Positions 1 to 10,566 are shown, counted from the stretch's first letter. The stretch: 64,000 nt of DNA from an uncultured Acidobacteriaceae bacterium (GCA_963712845.1 CAVQJM010000023.1:15304-79303), one strand, 5' to 3'. Numbers and translations are program-made. The notes: generated by a model not told the origin, from the letters alone.

Positions 1-2009
1 CGATCACGCTGGCGTCGAATACCTCGCCGATTCTCCACTTCGAGCTTCCGCTCGGCAACGTGCAGCAGTCGGTAGCAGTACGTGGCGAAGCGTCTGGCGC
101 GAATATCGATTCGGTGACACCGACGACGCTGATCAGCCGCGAGCAGATCGCCGCCACCCCAGGCGCGGACCGCAGCGACTCGCTTGCCATGATCACCGAT
201 TACGTGCCGGGCGCGTACATAACCCATGACATGCTGCACATGCGCGGCGGCCACCAGGTGAGCTGGCTGATCGACGGCGTGGAGATCCCCAACACCAATA
301 TCGCGAGCAATCTCGGCCCGCAGATCGACCCCAAAGATATCGACTATGTGGAGACGCAGCGCGGCAGCTACAACGCCGACGTCGGCGACCGCACCTACGG
401 CGTCTTCAACGTGGCTCCGCGCACCGGCTTTGAAGGGAATCGCGAGGGCGTCCTGACGGCAACGGCGGGCAGCTTTCTGCAGACAAACGATCAGATCAGC
501 TTTGGCGACCATTCCGAGAAGGCGGCGTATTACATCAGCTTCAACGGCAACCGGAGCGACTATGGGCTATCGCCCCCGACCGGGGTTACGGTGCATGATG
601 CCGCCAACGGCTACGGCGGATTCGCTTCGCTGATCGACAATCGCACGCCGCAAGACCAGCTGCGGCTGGTCATGCAGCTGCGCACGGACTTCTTCCAGAT
701 ACCCTACGATCCCGATCCAAACAGCTATGGCAATCAGCTCTATCCGTCTTACGGGCTTCGCGATGCGCAGCACGAAACCGACGGGCTGACCACCTTTACC
801 TGGGCGCACAGCTTCAACGCGAACACGGTGCTGGAGGTCTCGCCCTTCTACCACTACAACAGCACCAACTATGAGCCGAAGCCGTATGACTTTCCCGTGG
901 CCACCACCTCGGATCGTGCGTCGAACTATGGCGGCGCGCAGGCCAGCATTACAACCAACATCGCGCGCAATAACCTGCAGGCCGGGATTTACAGTTGGGG
1001 CCAGCACGACAGCTATCTCTTCGGCGCGATTTTCAATGACGGCAGCGCCACCAACTTCCGCATACCCGACGCTGCTGCGGGCGGCCTGATCGAGGAGCAC
1101 ATCTCCGACAACTTCAAAGCCACGTCCTGGCTCACGCTGATCGGCGGCCTGCGCCAGTCGCACTTCCAGTCGGCGATCACGGAGAATGAGACCAGCCCGC
1201 GTGTCGGCATCGCGCTGCAGGTGCCGAAGCTGAACTGGGTCTTCCGCGCCTTCTACGGTCGCTTCTATCAGCCGCCGCCGCTGCTCACCGCGTCGGGTCC
1301 AGTCGTGCAGTTCGCTCAGGGCAACAACACCAGCTTCGTGCCGCTACATGGCGAGCGCGACGAGGAGCATCAGTTCGGCGTGCAGATTCCATTTCGTGGA
1401 TGGATGCTCGATGCCGACACCTTCCAGACCCGCGCCAACAATTTCCTCGACCACTCGAATATCGGGGAGTCCAGCATCTACTACCCCGTTACCGTGGACG
1501 GCGCGCTTATTCAGGCGTGGGAGCTTACGCTTCGCTCGCCGCGGCTGTGGAATCGTGGCCAGGTTCATCTGGCCTACTCAAACCAGATCGCGCAGCAGCG
1601 TGGCGCCATCACCGGCGGGCTGATCTGCTTCCCTATCACTTCACCGGAGTGCGATGTGGAACCGGGTTATACGCCGGTGGATCACGATCAGCGCAATACG
1701 CTGAACATTGGCGGGAATGTCACGCTGCCCTGGAGCAGCTTTGCGTCCACGAATGTCTACTACGGTTCGGGATTCACGAACGGATTCCCGGAACCGCCCT
1801 CTCCGTACACGGGCGACTACCTGCCGCAGCATACGACCTTCGATCTCGCCATTGGAAAAGACTTTGGCGAGCACACCAGCGTCTCGGTCAGCGCGCTGAA
1901 TGTTGCCAACCGGCGTGTGCTGCTCGACAACAGCCTCACCTTCGGCGGATTTCATTACAACGATCCGAGAGAGATCTACGCTGAGGTGAAATATCACTTC
2001 CACTACTGA
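1..2009 (+). CDS. TonB-dependent outer-membrane receptor (5-prime end cut by window edge)
   Basis: The frame is open from nt 3 with no stop upstream of the GTG at 60. Plug-domain motifs are present (DSLAMITDYVPGA, IDGVEIPN, VETQRGSYNADVGDRTYG), followed by a long beta-barrel region with an aromatic C-terminus (KYHFHY). Confidence 0.85.
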   Translation, partial: ITLASNTSPILHFELPLGNVQQSVAVRGEASGANIDSVTPTTLISREQIAATPGADRSDSLAMITDYVPGAYITHDMLHMRGGHQVSWLIDGVEIPNTNIASNLGPQIDPKDIDYVETQRGSYNADVGDRTYGVFNVAPRTGFEGNREGVLTATAGSFLQTNDQISFGDHSEKAAYYISFNGNRSDYGLSPPTGVTVHDAANGYGGFASLIDNRTPQDQLRLVMQLRTDFFQIPYDPDPNSYGNQLYPSYGLRDAQHETDGLTTFTWAHSFNANTVLEVSPFYHYNSTNYEPKPYDFPVATTSDRASNYGGAQASITTNIARNNLQAGIYSWGQHDSYLFGAIFNDGSATNFRIPDAAAGGLIEEHISDNFKATSWLTLIGGLRQSHFQSAITENETSPRVGIALQVPKLNWVFRAFYGRFYQPPPLLTASGPVVQFAQGNNTSFVPLHGERDEEHQFGVQIPFRGWMLDADTFQTRANNFLDHSNIGESSIYYPVTVDGALIQAWELTLRSPRLWNRGQVHLAYSNQIAQQRGAITGGLICFPITSPECDVEPGYTPVDHDQRNTLNIGGNVTLPWSSFASTNVYYGSGFTNGFPEPPSPYTGDYLPQHTTFDLAIGKDFGEHTSVSVSALNVANRRVLLDNSLTFGGFHYNDPREIYAEVKYHFHY

Positions 2010-2018
2010 GGCTGCGAA

Positions 2019-2048
2019 GGCGAACCGACGAAGGTGGGCCGGTTCGCC
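2019..2048. terminator. Hairpin between convergent TonB-receptor and ddl genes (putative bidirectional terminator)
   Basis: GGCGAACCG (2019-2027) pairs with CGGTTCGCC (2040-2048), giving a 9-bp stem and 12-nt loop. There is no strong U-tract. Confidence 0.4.
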
Positions 2049-2072
2049 TCCGCTTATGGATCGAGTTTCGAT

Positions 2073-3251
2073 CTAGCGGCTGTACTGCGTGTCATCGCGT
2101 TCGGCGCGTCGCTCCAGCGCTAACTCGATGAGGCGGTCGATGAGATCGGAGTACTTGAGGCCGGAGGCTTCCCACAGCTTGGGGTACATGCTGATGGAGG
2201 TGAAGCCGGGCATGGTGTTGATCTCGTTCAGATAGAGGCGGCCGGGTTTGCCGGTGCGGCTTTCCGGCTCAAGCAGGAAGTCGACGCGCGCGAGGCCGGA
2301 GCAGTCGCAGGCGTGGAAGGCCGCGATGGCCATCTCGCGAACGTCTTTTGTCTGCGCCTTGCTGAGCCGCGCGGGGATGATGGGGAGCGACGCATCGCTC
2401 TCGTACTTGGCTTCGTAGTCGTAGAACTCTTTGGCGGGCACGATCTCGCCGACCACCGATGCCTTGGGGTCGTCGTTGCCCAGGACGGCGACTTCCAACT
2501 CGCGTGCGCGCTCTGCGGGTTTGTTCTTCGTGGCTTTGCCGCCGACGCCCTGCTCGATGATGATCTTGCGATCGTAGCTGGCGGCGAGCACGATGGCGGG
2601 CGCGAGCTCTGAGCGGTCGTGGACCTTGGAGATGCCGACCGAGGAGCCGAGATTCGCCGGCTTGACGAAGAGCGGATAGCGGAGGCTGGCTTCGATCTCC
2701 GCGATGGCTTTGCGCGGCGCCTTGTGCCAGGCACCGCGGAGCAGCGTGATGTGCTCGACGATGGGAAGTCCGGCGGCAGCGAAGAGACGCTTCATCACAT
2801 CCTTATCCATGCCGGCTGCGGAGCCGAGAACGCCGGAGCCGACGTAGGCTTTGCCGGCGAGCTCAAAGAGTCCCTGGATGGTGCCGTCTTCGCCGAAGGT
2901 GCCGTGCAGCACGGGAAAGAGGACATCGACGCCGAGCGCCTGGGCCTGTTCCTTCGCGGCAGGTGCGGGCACATGCAGCAGCCCTGCGGGATGCGCGGCG
3001 GGCACCAGCGCGCTGGGATGCGCGGAGCGGGTTTTGGCAATGCTGGTAGCGGTGACGGTGGTGCCGCCGGCGAGCATGTGCTGCGCGTCGTCTGCGAGCA
3101 GCCAGTGGCCGGTTTTGGCGATGCCGATGGGGACGACGTCGTATTTTTTTCTGTCGATAGCGGCAAGTACGGAGGCGGCGGAGCGCAGCGAGACTTCGTG
3201 CTCGCCCGAGCGGCCGCCAAAGACGATTCCGACGCGGAGTTTCCGAGGCAT
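2073..3251 (-). CDS. ddl: D-alanine--D-alanine ligase
   Basis: The ATG at 3251 gives [25 protein letters not shown]. Ddl/ATP-grasp motifs are present: [39 protein letters not shown]...[13 protein letters not shown]. The longer 587-aa ORF-track form adds an Arg-rich, non-protein-like leader. Confidence 0.92.
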   Translation of the reverse strand: MPRKLRVGIVFGGRSGEHEVSLRSAASVLAAIDRKKYDVVPIGIAKTGHWLLADDAQHMLAGGTTVTATSIAKTRSAHPSALVPAAHPAGLLHVPAPAAKEQAQALGVDVLFPVLHGTFGEDGTIQGLFELAGKAYVGSGVLGSAAGMDKDVMKRLFAAAGLPIVEHITLLRGAWHKAPRKAIAEIEASLRYPLFVKPANLGSSVGISKVHDRSELAPAIVLAASYDRKIIIEQGVGGKATKNKPAERARELEVAVLGNDDPKASVVGEIVPAKEFYDYEAKYESDASLPIIPARLSKAQTKDVREMAIAAFHACDCSGLARVDFLLEPESRTGKPGRLYLNEINTMPGFTSISMYPKLWEASGLKYSDLIDRLIELALERRAERDDTQYSR

Positions 3252-3414
3252 AGTGGTCAGTCTATCTCTGTGATCGCGCGCAGCGTCAGTGACGCGAAAT
3301 GGTGAGGTATACGGCGCGGCACTAAAGGCGACGCACATAGTGCGAGTGCAGGCCAGGGACCGTGTTTGCGGCGGCGGCGTAGTATGTTGGCGACGGACGA
3401 GAGGGAACGTTTTT

Positions 3415-5262
3415 ATGGGCAATCTGACGCGCCGCCGCTTTGTGCAGAACACTCTGCTGACGGGCGGAGCGCTGGCGGTGCCGCGGGGTGCGATGGCGCG
3501 CGAGCGCGGCACAGACGTCGCAGGCGGACACGGCTTTCGCAGGTGGGCTATGAGCAGGTGCGGCTGCTGGATGGACCACTGCGCGAGCAGTTCGATCGCA
3601 ACCACGCGTTCTTTCTCGCGCTGAGTGAGGACAGCCTGTTGAAACCGTTCCGGCAGAAGGCGGGGTTGCCGGCGCCGGGTGACGATATGGGCGGCTGGTA
3701 CACCTTCTATGCGGACTTCAGTCCGAAGGGGCCGTTTCACGGCTACATTCCCGGGCACAGCTTTGGACAATACCTCTCCGGACTGGCGCGGGCGTATGCG
3801 CAGACGGGGTCGAAGCCGACGCAGCAGAAGGTGCATCGTCTGGTGAACGGATTTTCAAAGACGATCACGCCGAAGTTCTACGTCGACTACCATCTGCCCG
3901 CGTACACCTTCGACAAGACGTGCTGCGGGCTCATCGATGCGCACGCGTTCGCACAGGATCCTATCGCGATGCGTGCGCTGGGTTCGGCGACGGACGCGGT
4001 GATTCCCTTCCTGCCGGGGCGCGCGCTCAACCGCAAAGAGATGTATGCGCGTCCGCACAAGGACGACGCCTACTGCTGGGATGAGACCTACACGCTGCCG
4101 GAGAATCTGTTCCTCGCGTACCAGCGCAGCGGGGAGACGCGCTATCGCGCGATGGCGAAGCAGTACATCGAAGATGAAAGCTGGTTTACGCCGCTCTCCG
4201 AAGACCAGAACGTGCTGCCTGGGCAGCATGCGTATAGTCACGTGAACTCGCTCTGCTCCGCGATGCAGTCGTATCTGAACCTGAACGATGAGCGCTATCT
4301 GCGGGCGGCACGCAACGGCTTCCGGATGATCGAGGAGCAGAGCTTTGCAACCGGCGGCTGGGGTCCGAACGAGACATTCGTGAAGCCCGGCAGCGCCGCG
4401 CTGGCGGAAAGTTTAACCAAGACGCACGCGGGCTTCGAGACGCCGTGCGGCGCGTATGGACACTTCAAGATCACGCGCTACCTGCTGCTGGAGACGGCGG
4501 ATAGCCGCTACGGCGACAGCATGGAGCGCGTGCTTTACAACACGATCCTGGGCGCGAAGCCGCTGCAACCGGATGGGACCAGTTTTTACTATTCGGATTA
4601 CAACGACAACGCGCAGAAGGGCTATTTCGACGACAAGTGGCCCTGCTGCTCTGGAACGTTTCCGCAGATCACGGCGGATTATGGCATCAGCGCGTACATG
4701 CGGCGTGGCCCGGATGTGTACGTGAACCTGTACGTGCCGTCGGAGCTGCGCTGGCGGCAGGGTGGGGCCGCTTGCACGCTGACGCAGACGACGGCGTATC
4801 CCGCGTCCTCGCAGAGCACGATGGTGCTGACACTCGACCGGCCGCAGAGCTTCGCGGTCCTGCTGCGCGTCCCCGCGTGGGCGGGAGCGAAGACACGTAT
4901 TGTTGTGAACGGACGCGCGGTGGATGCGTGCGATGCAGCCGGGGACGTTCGCGCGTCTGCGGCGGACGTGGAAGAGTGGCGACCGCATTGAAGTGGAGTT
5001 CGATATGCCGCTGCGGCTGGAGACTATCCCGTATGAGCAGGCGGGAGGCCAGCGCGTGGCGTTGATGTATGGGCCGGTGGCGCTGTTTGCAGTGGACGAT
5101 CTGAATGCGACGGTCACACGCAAGCAGTTACTGGCTGCGGAGCGGGTTGCGAAGAGCAGCACAGATTGGAAGGTGGCGACCGCCGCTGGTCCGCTGACCA
5201 TGCGGCCGTTTGCCGCGATCGGCGACGAGCATTACCGGCTGTATCAGACGGTGACGGCTTAG
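3415..5262 (+). pseudogene. DUF1680 / GH127-family glycoside hydrolase (beta-L-arabinofuranosidase-like) split over three frames
   Basis: A Tat signal, [23 protein letters not shown], starts at 3415 in frame 1. The main body (3366-4991 ORF, frame 0) reads [14 protein letters not shown]...KWPCCSGTFPQI with the family CC motif. The typical C-terminus, QPGTFARLRRTWKSGDRIEVEFDMPLRLE, is back in frame 1 (4924-5262). Frame changes fall at about 3490-3545 and 4921-4935. Confidence 0.75.
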
Positions 5263-6641
5263 TTCGACATCGAAGCCGCGCCGGTGAAGCGCTTCAGCGG
5301 ATGGGCTTCGGTATTGAAGACGAACTTCGTCCAGTCCACCGTGTCGCGTGGAGCGTAGAGGAGGTAGAGGTACTTGAGCGTCTCCGCGAAGAAGAAGCTC
5401 TCCATCTCATCTTTTTGCTGTTTGGTGCGCACGTCGGTCAGGGCCGCGTAGGCCTCGGGTGTGCGGCACCAACGGACGAGGGAGTCGAAATAATCCTGGC
5501 CCATGTGCAGGTAGATGGGGTCGCCGGTGAGGTGGTGCAGGTAGTAGGTGGACTCGATGATCTCCGGGCGCAGCGGGTAGCCGGCGTTGGGCGTGGCGAG
5601 CCGGATGTAGTCGAGCGTGTCGGGCTCGATGCCGTAGAGCGTCCACATCTGGAAGCTCGAGCGCTGCAACGCTTCGGCGCGAGGCAGGTCGCCGCCCAGC
5701 GCGAGCAGCGCGGGGAAGAAGGCGTCGAGCGCGCCGTATTCATGCGTGGTGCGCGCGCCGGTGCGCATGTCGGCTTGTCCATACCAGAGGCCGAAGCGCG
5801 TCTGCTCCGCGAGATATTTGTTGATGGCGAGGATGCTCTTCTGCCACATCTCCAGGCAGTCTCGGTCGCCGAAGAGCAGCCAGCTCTTGAGCAGGTATTC
5901 GTCGAAGGAATCGATGCCGCCGCTGATGGTGGAGGTGGAGTCGGTCCAGTCGCCGGTTTCGACATTGATGCCGAGGCCCACCAGGTCCAGGGAAGACCGG
6001 CGCTTCCACAGCTCGGTCATGGCGCGCTTGGCGGCGTTGTAGTAGACGGGGTCGCCGGTGAGTTTGGAGAGCGTGCCGAACTCCGGCAGCAGGGCGACTT
6101 CTGCGGGGTTGGTGACGGCGCCGCGGACTTTGCCCGTGCGCAGGTTGACGAACTCGTAGGGCATGCCGGTGGGCGAGTGGAAAGCGGGCAGCAGTCGGCG
6201 GCCGAGGTCGGTGGCGAGCTTCAGGAGCTGCGGATCGTTGGTGGCTTCGTATTCGCTAAGCAGGCCGCCGAGGCAGCGGATGGTGATCTCGAAGTTCTTG
6301 ACGTAGATGTCCTGATCGAAGGAGAGGTGCTTGTCGATGTCCTGCTGCGCTTCGGCGGCCTGTTTGTCGAGGCCCATGAGCAGCATGGTGTCCAGGCCAT
6401 CGATCTGGGTCATGTGCAGCGAGACGCCGTACCAGTCATGGGGCTTTTTAGAAAGCGGCATGAGGGCGTCATGGCCCCAGGCATAGGTGTGGTAGCCCTG
6501 CCAGGCGTGGAGGTATTCGGTGCGGACGCGGGCGGCCATGGCCTCGCTGTCGGCGGGGGTGCCGAGGGTGGGGGCGGGCTGTGCCAGCACAGGAAGTGCC
6601 CAAAGAAGACTAATAGCGGCCGCAATGCGCAGCAGAATCAT
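5259..6641 (-). CDS. Glycoside hydrolase family 47 (class I alpha-1,2-mannosidase-like), secreted
   Basis: 460 aa with signal peptide MILLRIAAAISLLWALPVLAQP. GH47-like blocks are present: YLHAWQGYHTYAWGHDALMPLS, FEITIRCLGGLLSEYE, GGIDSFDEYLLK, YPLRPEIIESTYYLHHLTGD. Its stop overlaps the stop of the convergent GH127-like gene (TTAG at 5259-5262). Confidence 0.8.
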   Translation of the reverse strand: MILLRIAAAISLLWALPVLAQPAPTLGTPADSEAMAARVRTEYLHAWQGYHTYAWGHDALMPLSKKPHDWYGVSLHMTQIDGLDTMLLMGLDKQAAEAQQDIDKHLSFDQDIYVKNFEITIRCLGGLLSEYEATNDPQLLKLATDLGRRLLPAFHSPTGMPYEFVNLRTGKVRGAVTNPAEVALLPEFGTLSKLTGDPVYYNAAKRAMTELWKRRSSLDLVGLGINVETGDWTDSTSTISGGIDSFDEYLLKSWLLFGDRDCLEMWQKSILAINKYLAEQTRFGLWYGQADMRTGARTTHEYGALDAFFPALLALGGDLPRAEALQRSSFQMWTLYGIEPDTLDYIRLATPNAGYPLRPEIIESTYYLHHLTGDPIYLHMGQDYFDSLVRWCRTPEAYAALTDVRTKQQKDEMESFFFAETLKYLYLLYAPRDTVDWTKFVFNTEAHPLKRFTGAASMSN

Positions 6642-6658
6642 GAGTGCAAGGGTAGCGC

Positions 6659-7651
6659 TTAGAGAATCTTCTTGCCGAACGCAGAGGAGATCAGCTCGAC
6701 GGCGAGATGTGCGGTGCGGTTGTGCTCATCGATGACGGGGTTTACTTCGACGATCTCGAAGCTGAGCATGCGGCCGTGGTCGGCGAGGATCTCCATGGCG
6801 AGGTGGGCTTCGCGATAGGTGGCGCCGCCGCGGACGGGGGTGCCGACGCCGGGGGCGTCCTCGGGGTCGATCCAGTCCATGTCCAGCGAGACGTGATAGC
6901 CGGCGGTGCCGCGGCCGGCTGCGCGCAGCGCCTCTTCCATCACGGTGCGCATGCCGCGCTCGTCGATGTCGCGCATGGTGTAGACCTCGGTGATGCCGGC
7001 GCGCTTGATGTTCTCCTTCTCGGTGGCGTCGATATCGCGCACGCCGATGAGCACGACGTTGTCGGGATCGACTTTGGGGGAGAAGTCGTAGATGTCGGAG
7101 AGCTGCTTGGGACCGAGACCGAGCAGCGCGGCCATGGGCATGCCGTGCACGTTGCCGGAGGGCGAAGTCTCCGGGGTGTTGATGTCGGAGTGGGCATCGA
7201 TCCAGATGAGGCCGATCTTCTGTCCCTTGCGGCGGAAGAACTCCGCGACGCCGGAGACGGAGCCAGCCGCGACGGAGTGGTCGCCGCCGAGGATGACGGG
7301 TGTCGCGCCCTCTTCGAGCGTCTTGATCACAAGATCGCCGGCGCGGACGCAGGTTTCGCGGATTTCCTTCAGGTATCGCGCGTTCTCGTCCCCGGGGCTC
7401 TTGGTTTCCGCGATTGCCACGCTGATGTTGCCGCCATCGGTGACGACGTGGCCGAGCGCCTCAAGGTGCGCTTCGAGCCCGGCGACGCGGACGGCGGAAG
7501 GGCCCATGTCAACACCACGACGCTGCTGGCCGAGGTCCAGCGGCACACCGATGATGCGAATACGGCGCGGCGGCAGCGCCTGCACCCCGGTGTATATGGG
7601 CTGGTGGCCGCGAGAGGTCTCTGCGTGGATCGAATCTTCGTTCTTACTCAT
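6659..7651 (-). CDS. rocF: Arginase (ureohydrolase family)
   Basis: Ureohydrolase Mn-binding motifs are present: GGDHSVAAG, IWIDAHSDINTP, SLDMDWIDPEDAPG. The ATG at 7651 (MSKNED...) is preferred over the upstream start at 7720. Confidence 0.85.
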   Translation of the reverse strand: MSKNEDSIHAETSRGHQPIYTGVQALPPRRIRIIGVPLDLGQQRRGVDMGPSAVRVAGLEAHLEALGHVVTDGGNISVAIAETKSPGDENARYLKEIRETCVRAGDLVIKTLEEGATPVILGGDHSVAAGSVSGVAEFFRRKGQKIGLIWIDAHSDINTPETSPSGNVHGMPMAALLGLGPKQLSDIYDFSPKVDPDNVVLIGVRDIDATEKENIKRAGITEVYTMRDIDERGMRTVMEEALRAAGRGTAGYHVSLDMDWIDPEDAPGVGTPVRGGATYREAHLAMEILADHGRMLSFEIVEVNPVIDEHNRTAHLAVELISSAFGKKIL

Positions 7652-7902
7652 AGACTGGACGCCCGAATCAAGCCGGGGGAGCAAACCCCTAAGCATAGAG
7701 AGGGTTTCGCGTTCGGGCAAATCGGAGCGTTTCAGGGGAATCAGGCAAAGTTTTGAACTGTGCGAGGGGATCTTCGCCGGGCGACAGAAGGATTTGGCTA
7801 GGGAACTGGTTTCCCTTGTGGAAAGATCGGGTTGCTAACGGCCTCGTTTGACACGACGATTCGATCCCGAACAACGATCCGAACCAAGAAAGGAGAACCT
7901 GC

Positions 7903-8394
7903 ATGGTTCTCGGAATTAGCTTAGCGACCTATACCACTGTCCACGTCATCCTTAGCCTCATCGGCATCGCCTCGGGATTCATCGTCCTCTTTGGCCTTTT
8001 CAGCGGCAAACTCTTCTGCACATCGAACGGTGTATTCCTGGTCACGACCGTCCTGACCAGCGTTACCGCCTTCGGCTTTCCCAACACCAAGGTGACTCCA
8101 GGGATCATCCTCGGCATTCTTTCGCTGATCGTTCTGGCCATCGCAATCTTTGCCCTCTATGGCCGGCATCTCAATGGAATCTGGCGACGCACCTACGCCA
8201 TCACCGCCATGATTGCGCTGTATTTCAACGTCTTTGTCCTCGTCGCGCAACTCTTCGAGCATGTGCCGGCCATCCACGCGCTGGCTCCAACGCAGACCGA
8301 AGCGCCATTCAAGATTGCGCAGTTGCTGCTGTTGGTTGTCTTTGCTGTTCTGATCGGCGCTGCGGCGAAAAAATTCCGGACCGTGCCGGCGTAG
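7903..8394 (+). CDS. Hypothetical integral membrane protein (4-5 TM helices)
   Basis: 163-aa ORF that is strongly hydrophobic with clear TM segments. An AGGAG-like RBS (aaaggagaacctgcATG) lies upstream. Composition is visibly more AT-rich than the neighbours. Confidence 0.6.
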   Translation: MVLGISLATYTTVHVILSLIGIASGFIVLFGLFSGKLFCTSNGVFLVTTVLTSVTAFGFPNTKVTPGIILGILSLIVLAIAIFALYGRHLNGIWRRTYAITAMIALYFNVFVLVAQLFEHVPAIHALAPTQTEAPFKIAQLLLLVVFAVLIGAAAKKFRTVPA

Positions 8395-8433
8395 CAGGCA
8401 ATTCAGATACGCGCAAAATTTAGGATCACGACG

Positions 8434-9096
8434 ATGCATGTCGAGGACGAGAAAGCGCTGGATCTTTGGAAGCAGCACCTGGGCCGCGTGCCCGACGCGG
8501 TCTGGGAGCGAACCGGAATCGAAACTTTGATTCTGGCAGAGAACGACCTGAACCAGCTCTCCGCTCGGATCGGCGACATGAGGCACTTGCGCACGCTCGA
8601 TCTGGGACACAACAATCTGGCAGAGCTGCCAGACGAACTAGGTAATCTGACTGCCCTGCATGACTTTCTTTATTTGCACGACAACCGCCTCATGTGTCTG
8701 CCGGGTTCTCTGCGCCGGCTGCAGTCGTTGCGCTATCTCAACATCAGTCAGAATGCCTTCAAGGAGTTTCCAGACGCTGTTTGTGGGATGGATGGACTGG
8801 TCGAGCTGAGGGCCACCGACAATCAACTCGCGAGCCTTCCGCCGTGTTTGCGGAATCTCAAGCGATTACGGGAGCTGCATCTGCGAAACAACAAACTCTC
8901 CACGCTCCCTGAATCGATTTGCGGTCTGATCGAACTGCGTCAAATCGATCTCCGGGGCAATCCACTCACCTCGTTGCCCCGAGAGATAGCCGATCTCCCG
9001 AAAATTGAGAAGCTTGATCTTCGCTGGACCAGTACCTTGAAGAGACCTGTGTGGATCGACGGGCTTGAAGCAAGAGGGTGCGTCGTGTACCGATAG
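8434..9096 (+). CDS. Leucine-rich repeat (LRR) protein, no signal peptide
   Basis: About 8 tandem 23-aa LxxLxLxxNxLxxLPxxL repeats (LRTLDLGHNNLAELPDELGNL, LRYLNISQNAFKEFPDAV, LRELHLRNNKLSTLPESI, LRQIDLRGNPLTSLPREI). Confidence 0.8.
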   Translation: MHVEDEKALDLWKQHLGRVPDAVWERTGIETLILAENDLNQLSARIGDMRHLRTLDLGHNNLAELPDELGNLTALHDFLYLHDNRLMCLPGSLRRLQSLRYLNISQNAFKEFPDAVCGMDGLVELRATDNQLASLPPCLRNLKRLRELHLRNNKLSTLPESICGLIELRQIDLRGNPLTSLPREIADLPKIEKLDLRWTSTLKRPVWIDGLEARGCVVYR

Positions 9097-9141
9097 ATCG
9101 GCAATCCTGCCGCCATCGATGGATGATTTGCTGATGCTTCG

Positions 9142-10488
9142 TCAGGGGTAGATACGGTTTAGCGTTCGGGCGAAGGGGATGGTTTCGCGGACGTGCTCGA
9201 GGCCGCAGATCCAGGCGACGGCGCGCTCGATGCCCATGCCGAACCCCGAATGTGGAACAGACCCGTAGCGGCGCAGGTCTAAATACCACTGGAAGGCGTC
9301 GATCGGCAGGTGGTGGTCTTCGATGCGCTGCTTGAGCAGCTCATAGGAGGCGATGCGCTGCGAGCCGCCGATGATCTCGCCGTAGCCCTCGGGCGCCAGG
9401 ACGTCGACGCAGAGCGCGTACTTCGCGTCGTCGGGGTCAGGCTCCATGTAGAAGGCCTTCACCGCGGCAGGATAGCGATGCACCATGACTGGGCGGTCAA
9501 ACTGAGAGGAGATGTAGGTCTCGTCGGGCGAGCCAAAGTCGTTGCCGTACTCGAAGGGATGCTCGAGCAGGCCCTTGGCGTGCGCCTCGTTCAGCATGGC
9601 GACGGCTTCGTCGTAGCGCAGGCGCGGGAAGGGCGTCTGGATGGATTCGAGTTTCGCGATATCGCGCTCGATCACCTTGAGGTCGGGCATGCGGCGGTCC
9701 AGCACGCGCCCGACGATGAAGCTGAGGAAGTTTTCCGCCAGCACCATCAGGTCGTCGAGGCCGGCGTAGGCGAGCTCCGGCTCGACCATCCAGAATTCGG
9801 TGAGGTGACGGCGGGTTTTGGATTTCTCTGCGCGGAACGTCGGGCCGAAGCTGTAGACCTTGCCTAGGGCAAGCGCGGTGCTCTCGATATAGAGCTGGCC
9901 GCTTTGGGTGAGGAAGGCTTCGTCGCCGAAGTAGTCCACCGGGAAGAGTGTCGAAGTGCCTTCGCATGCGGCCGGCGTGAGGATGGGCGGATCGGTGAGG
10001 ACAAAGCCGTTGTCGTCCAGGTAGTCGCGGCAGGCTTTGATGATCTCCGCGCGGATGCGCAGGATGGCGGACTGGCGCGGCGAGCGAATCCAGAGATGGC
10101 GATGCTCCATCAGGAAGTCGACGCCGTGCTCCTTGGGCGTGATGGGGTAGGGCTGCTCTTCCGGCACGCGCTGCACCACTTCGACGTTCTCGACATCGAG
10201 CTCATAGCCACCGGGGGCGCGCTGGTCGGCGCGTACGCGGCCGGTGACGATGACGCTGGATTCCTGGGTGAGGTGCTTTGTGGTCTCCCAGATTTCAGGA
10301 GTGACGGCGGCCTTGGGCAGGATGCCCTGCACGGTGCCCGAGCCATCGCGAAAGATGGGGAAGAGCAGCTTGCCGGAGGCGCGCATGTTGTAGAGCCAGC
10401 CGTGCAGGATGACGGTCTGGCCTTCATGCTGCTTCAGGCTGGCGATGGTGGCGGGGATGGGAGTTGCAATTACAGATGTGTCAGTCAT
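9142..10488 (-). CDS. asnS: Asparagine--tRNA ligase
   Basis: 448 aa with an N-terminal OB anticodon-binding domain and class IIb core. The motif [24 protein letters not shown] and the C-terminal [15 protein letters not shown] are typical of AsnRS. Confidence 0.9.
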   Translation of the reverse strand: MTDTSVIATPIPATIASLKQHEGQTVILHGWLYNMRASGKLLFPIFRDGSGTVQGILPKAAVTPEIWETTKHLTQESSVIVTGRVRADQRAPGGYELDVENVEVVQRVPEEQPYPITPKEHGVDFLMEHRHLWIRSPRQSAILRIRAEIIKACRDYLDDNGFVLTDPPILTPAACEGTSTLFPVDYFGDEAFLTQSGQLYIESTALALGKVYSFGPTFRAEKSKTRRHLTEFWMVEPELAYAGLDDLMVLAENFLSFIVGRVLDRRMPDLKVIERDIAKLESIQTPFPRLRYDEAVAMLNEAHAKGLLEHPFEYGNDFGSPDETYISSQFDRPVMVHRYPAAVKAFYMEPDPDDAKYALCVDVLAPEGYGEIIGGSQRIASYELLKQRIEDHHLPIDAFQWYLDLRRYGSVPHSGFGMGIERAVAWICGLEHVRETIPFARTLNRIYP

Positions 10489-10566
10489 GTGTGCTGTGAC
10501 TCGATAAGCGAAATGCTGAATTCGGGAGAAATGCGCTGACTATAAGAGCGGTACAAGAGCAGGCAT

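Noticed and set aside
3543-4991. GTG-3543 as the genuine start of an intact cytoplasmic GH127-like protein
   Set aside because: This is possible for the N-terminus, but it does not explain the conserved C-terminal segment sitting in another frame (4924-5262) or the perfect Tat signal just upstream. The pseudogene or indel interpretation is preferred.
5166-6662. 498-aa ORF on the plus strand
   Set aside because: It is antisense to the GH47 gene. The Gly/Val/Ala/Glu-rich mirror-frame composition has no motifs.
6707-7756. 349-aa plus-strand ORF
   Set aside because: It is antisense to the arginase gene, which carries all ureohydrolase metal-binding motifs.
7848-7853. TTGACA hexamer upstream of the membrane-protein gene as a -35 box
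   Set aside because: No acceptable -10 hexamer lies at 16-19 nt spacing (ACAACG/CAACGA).
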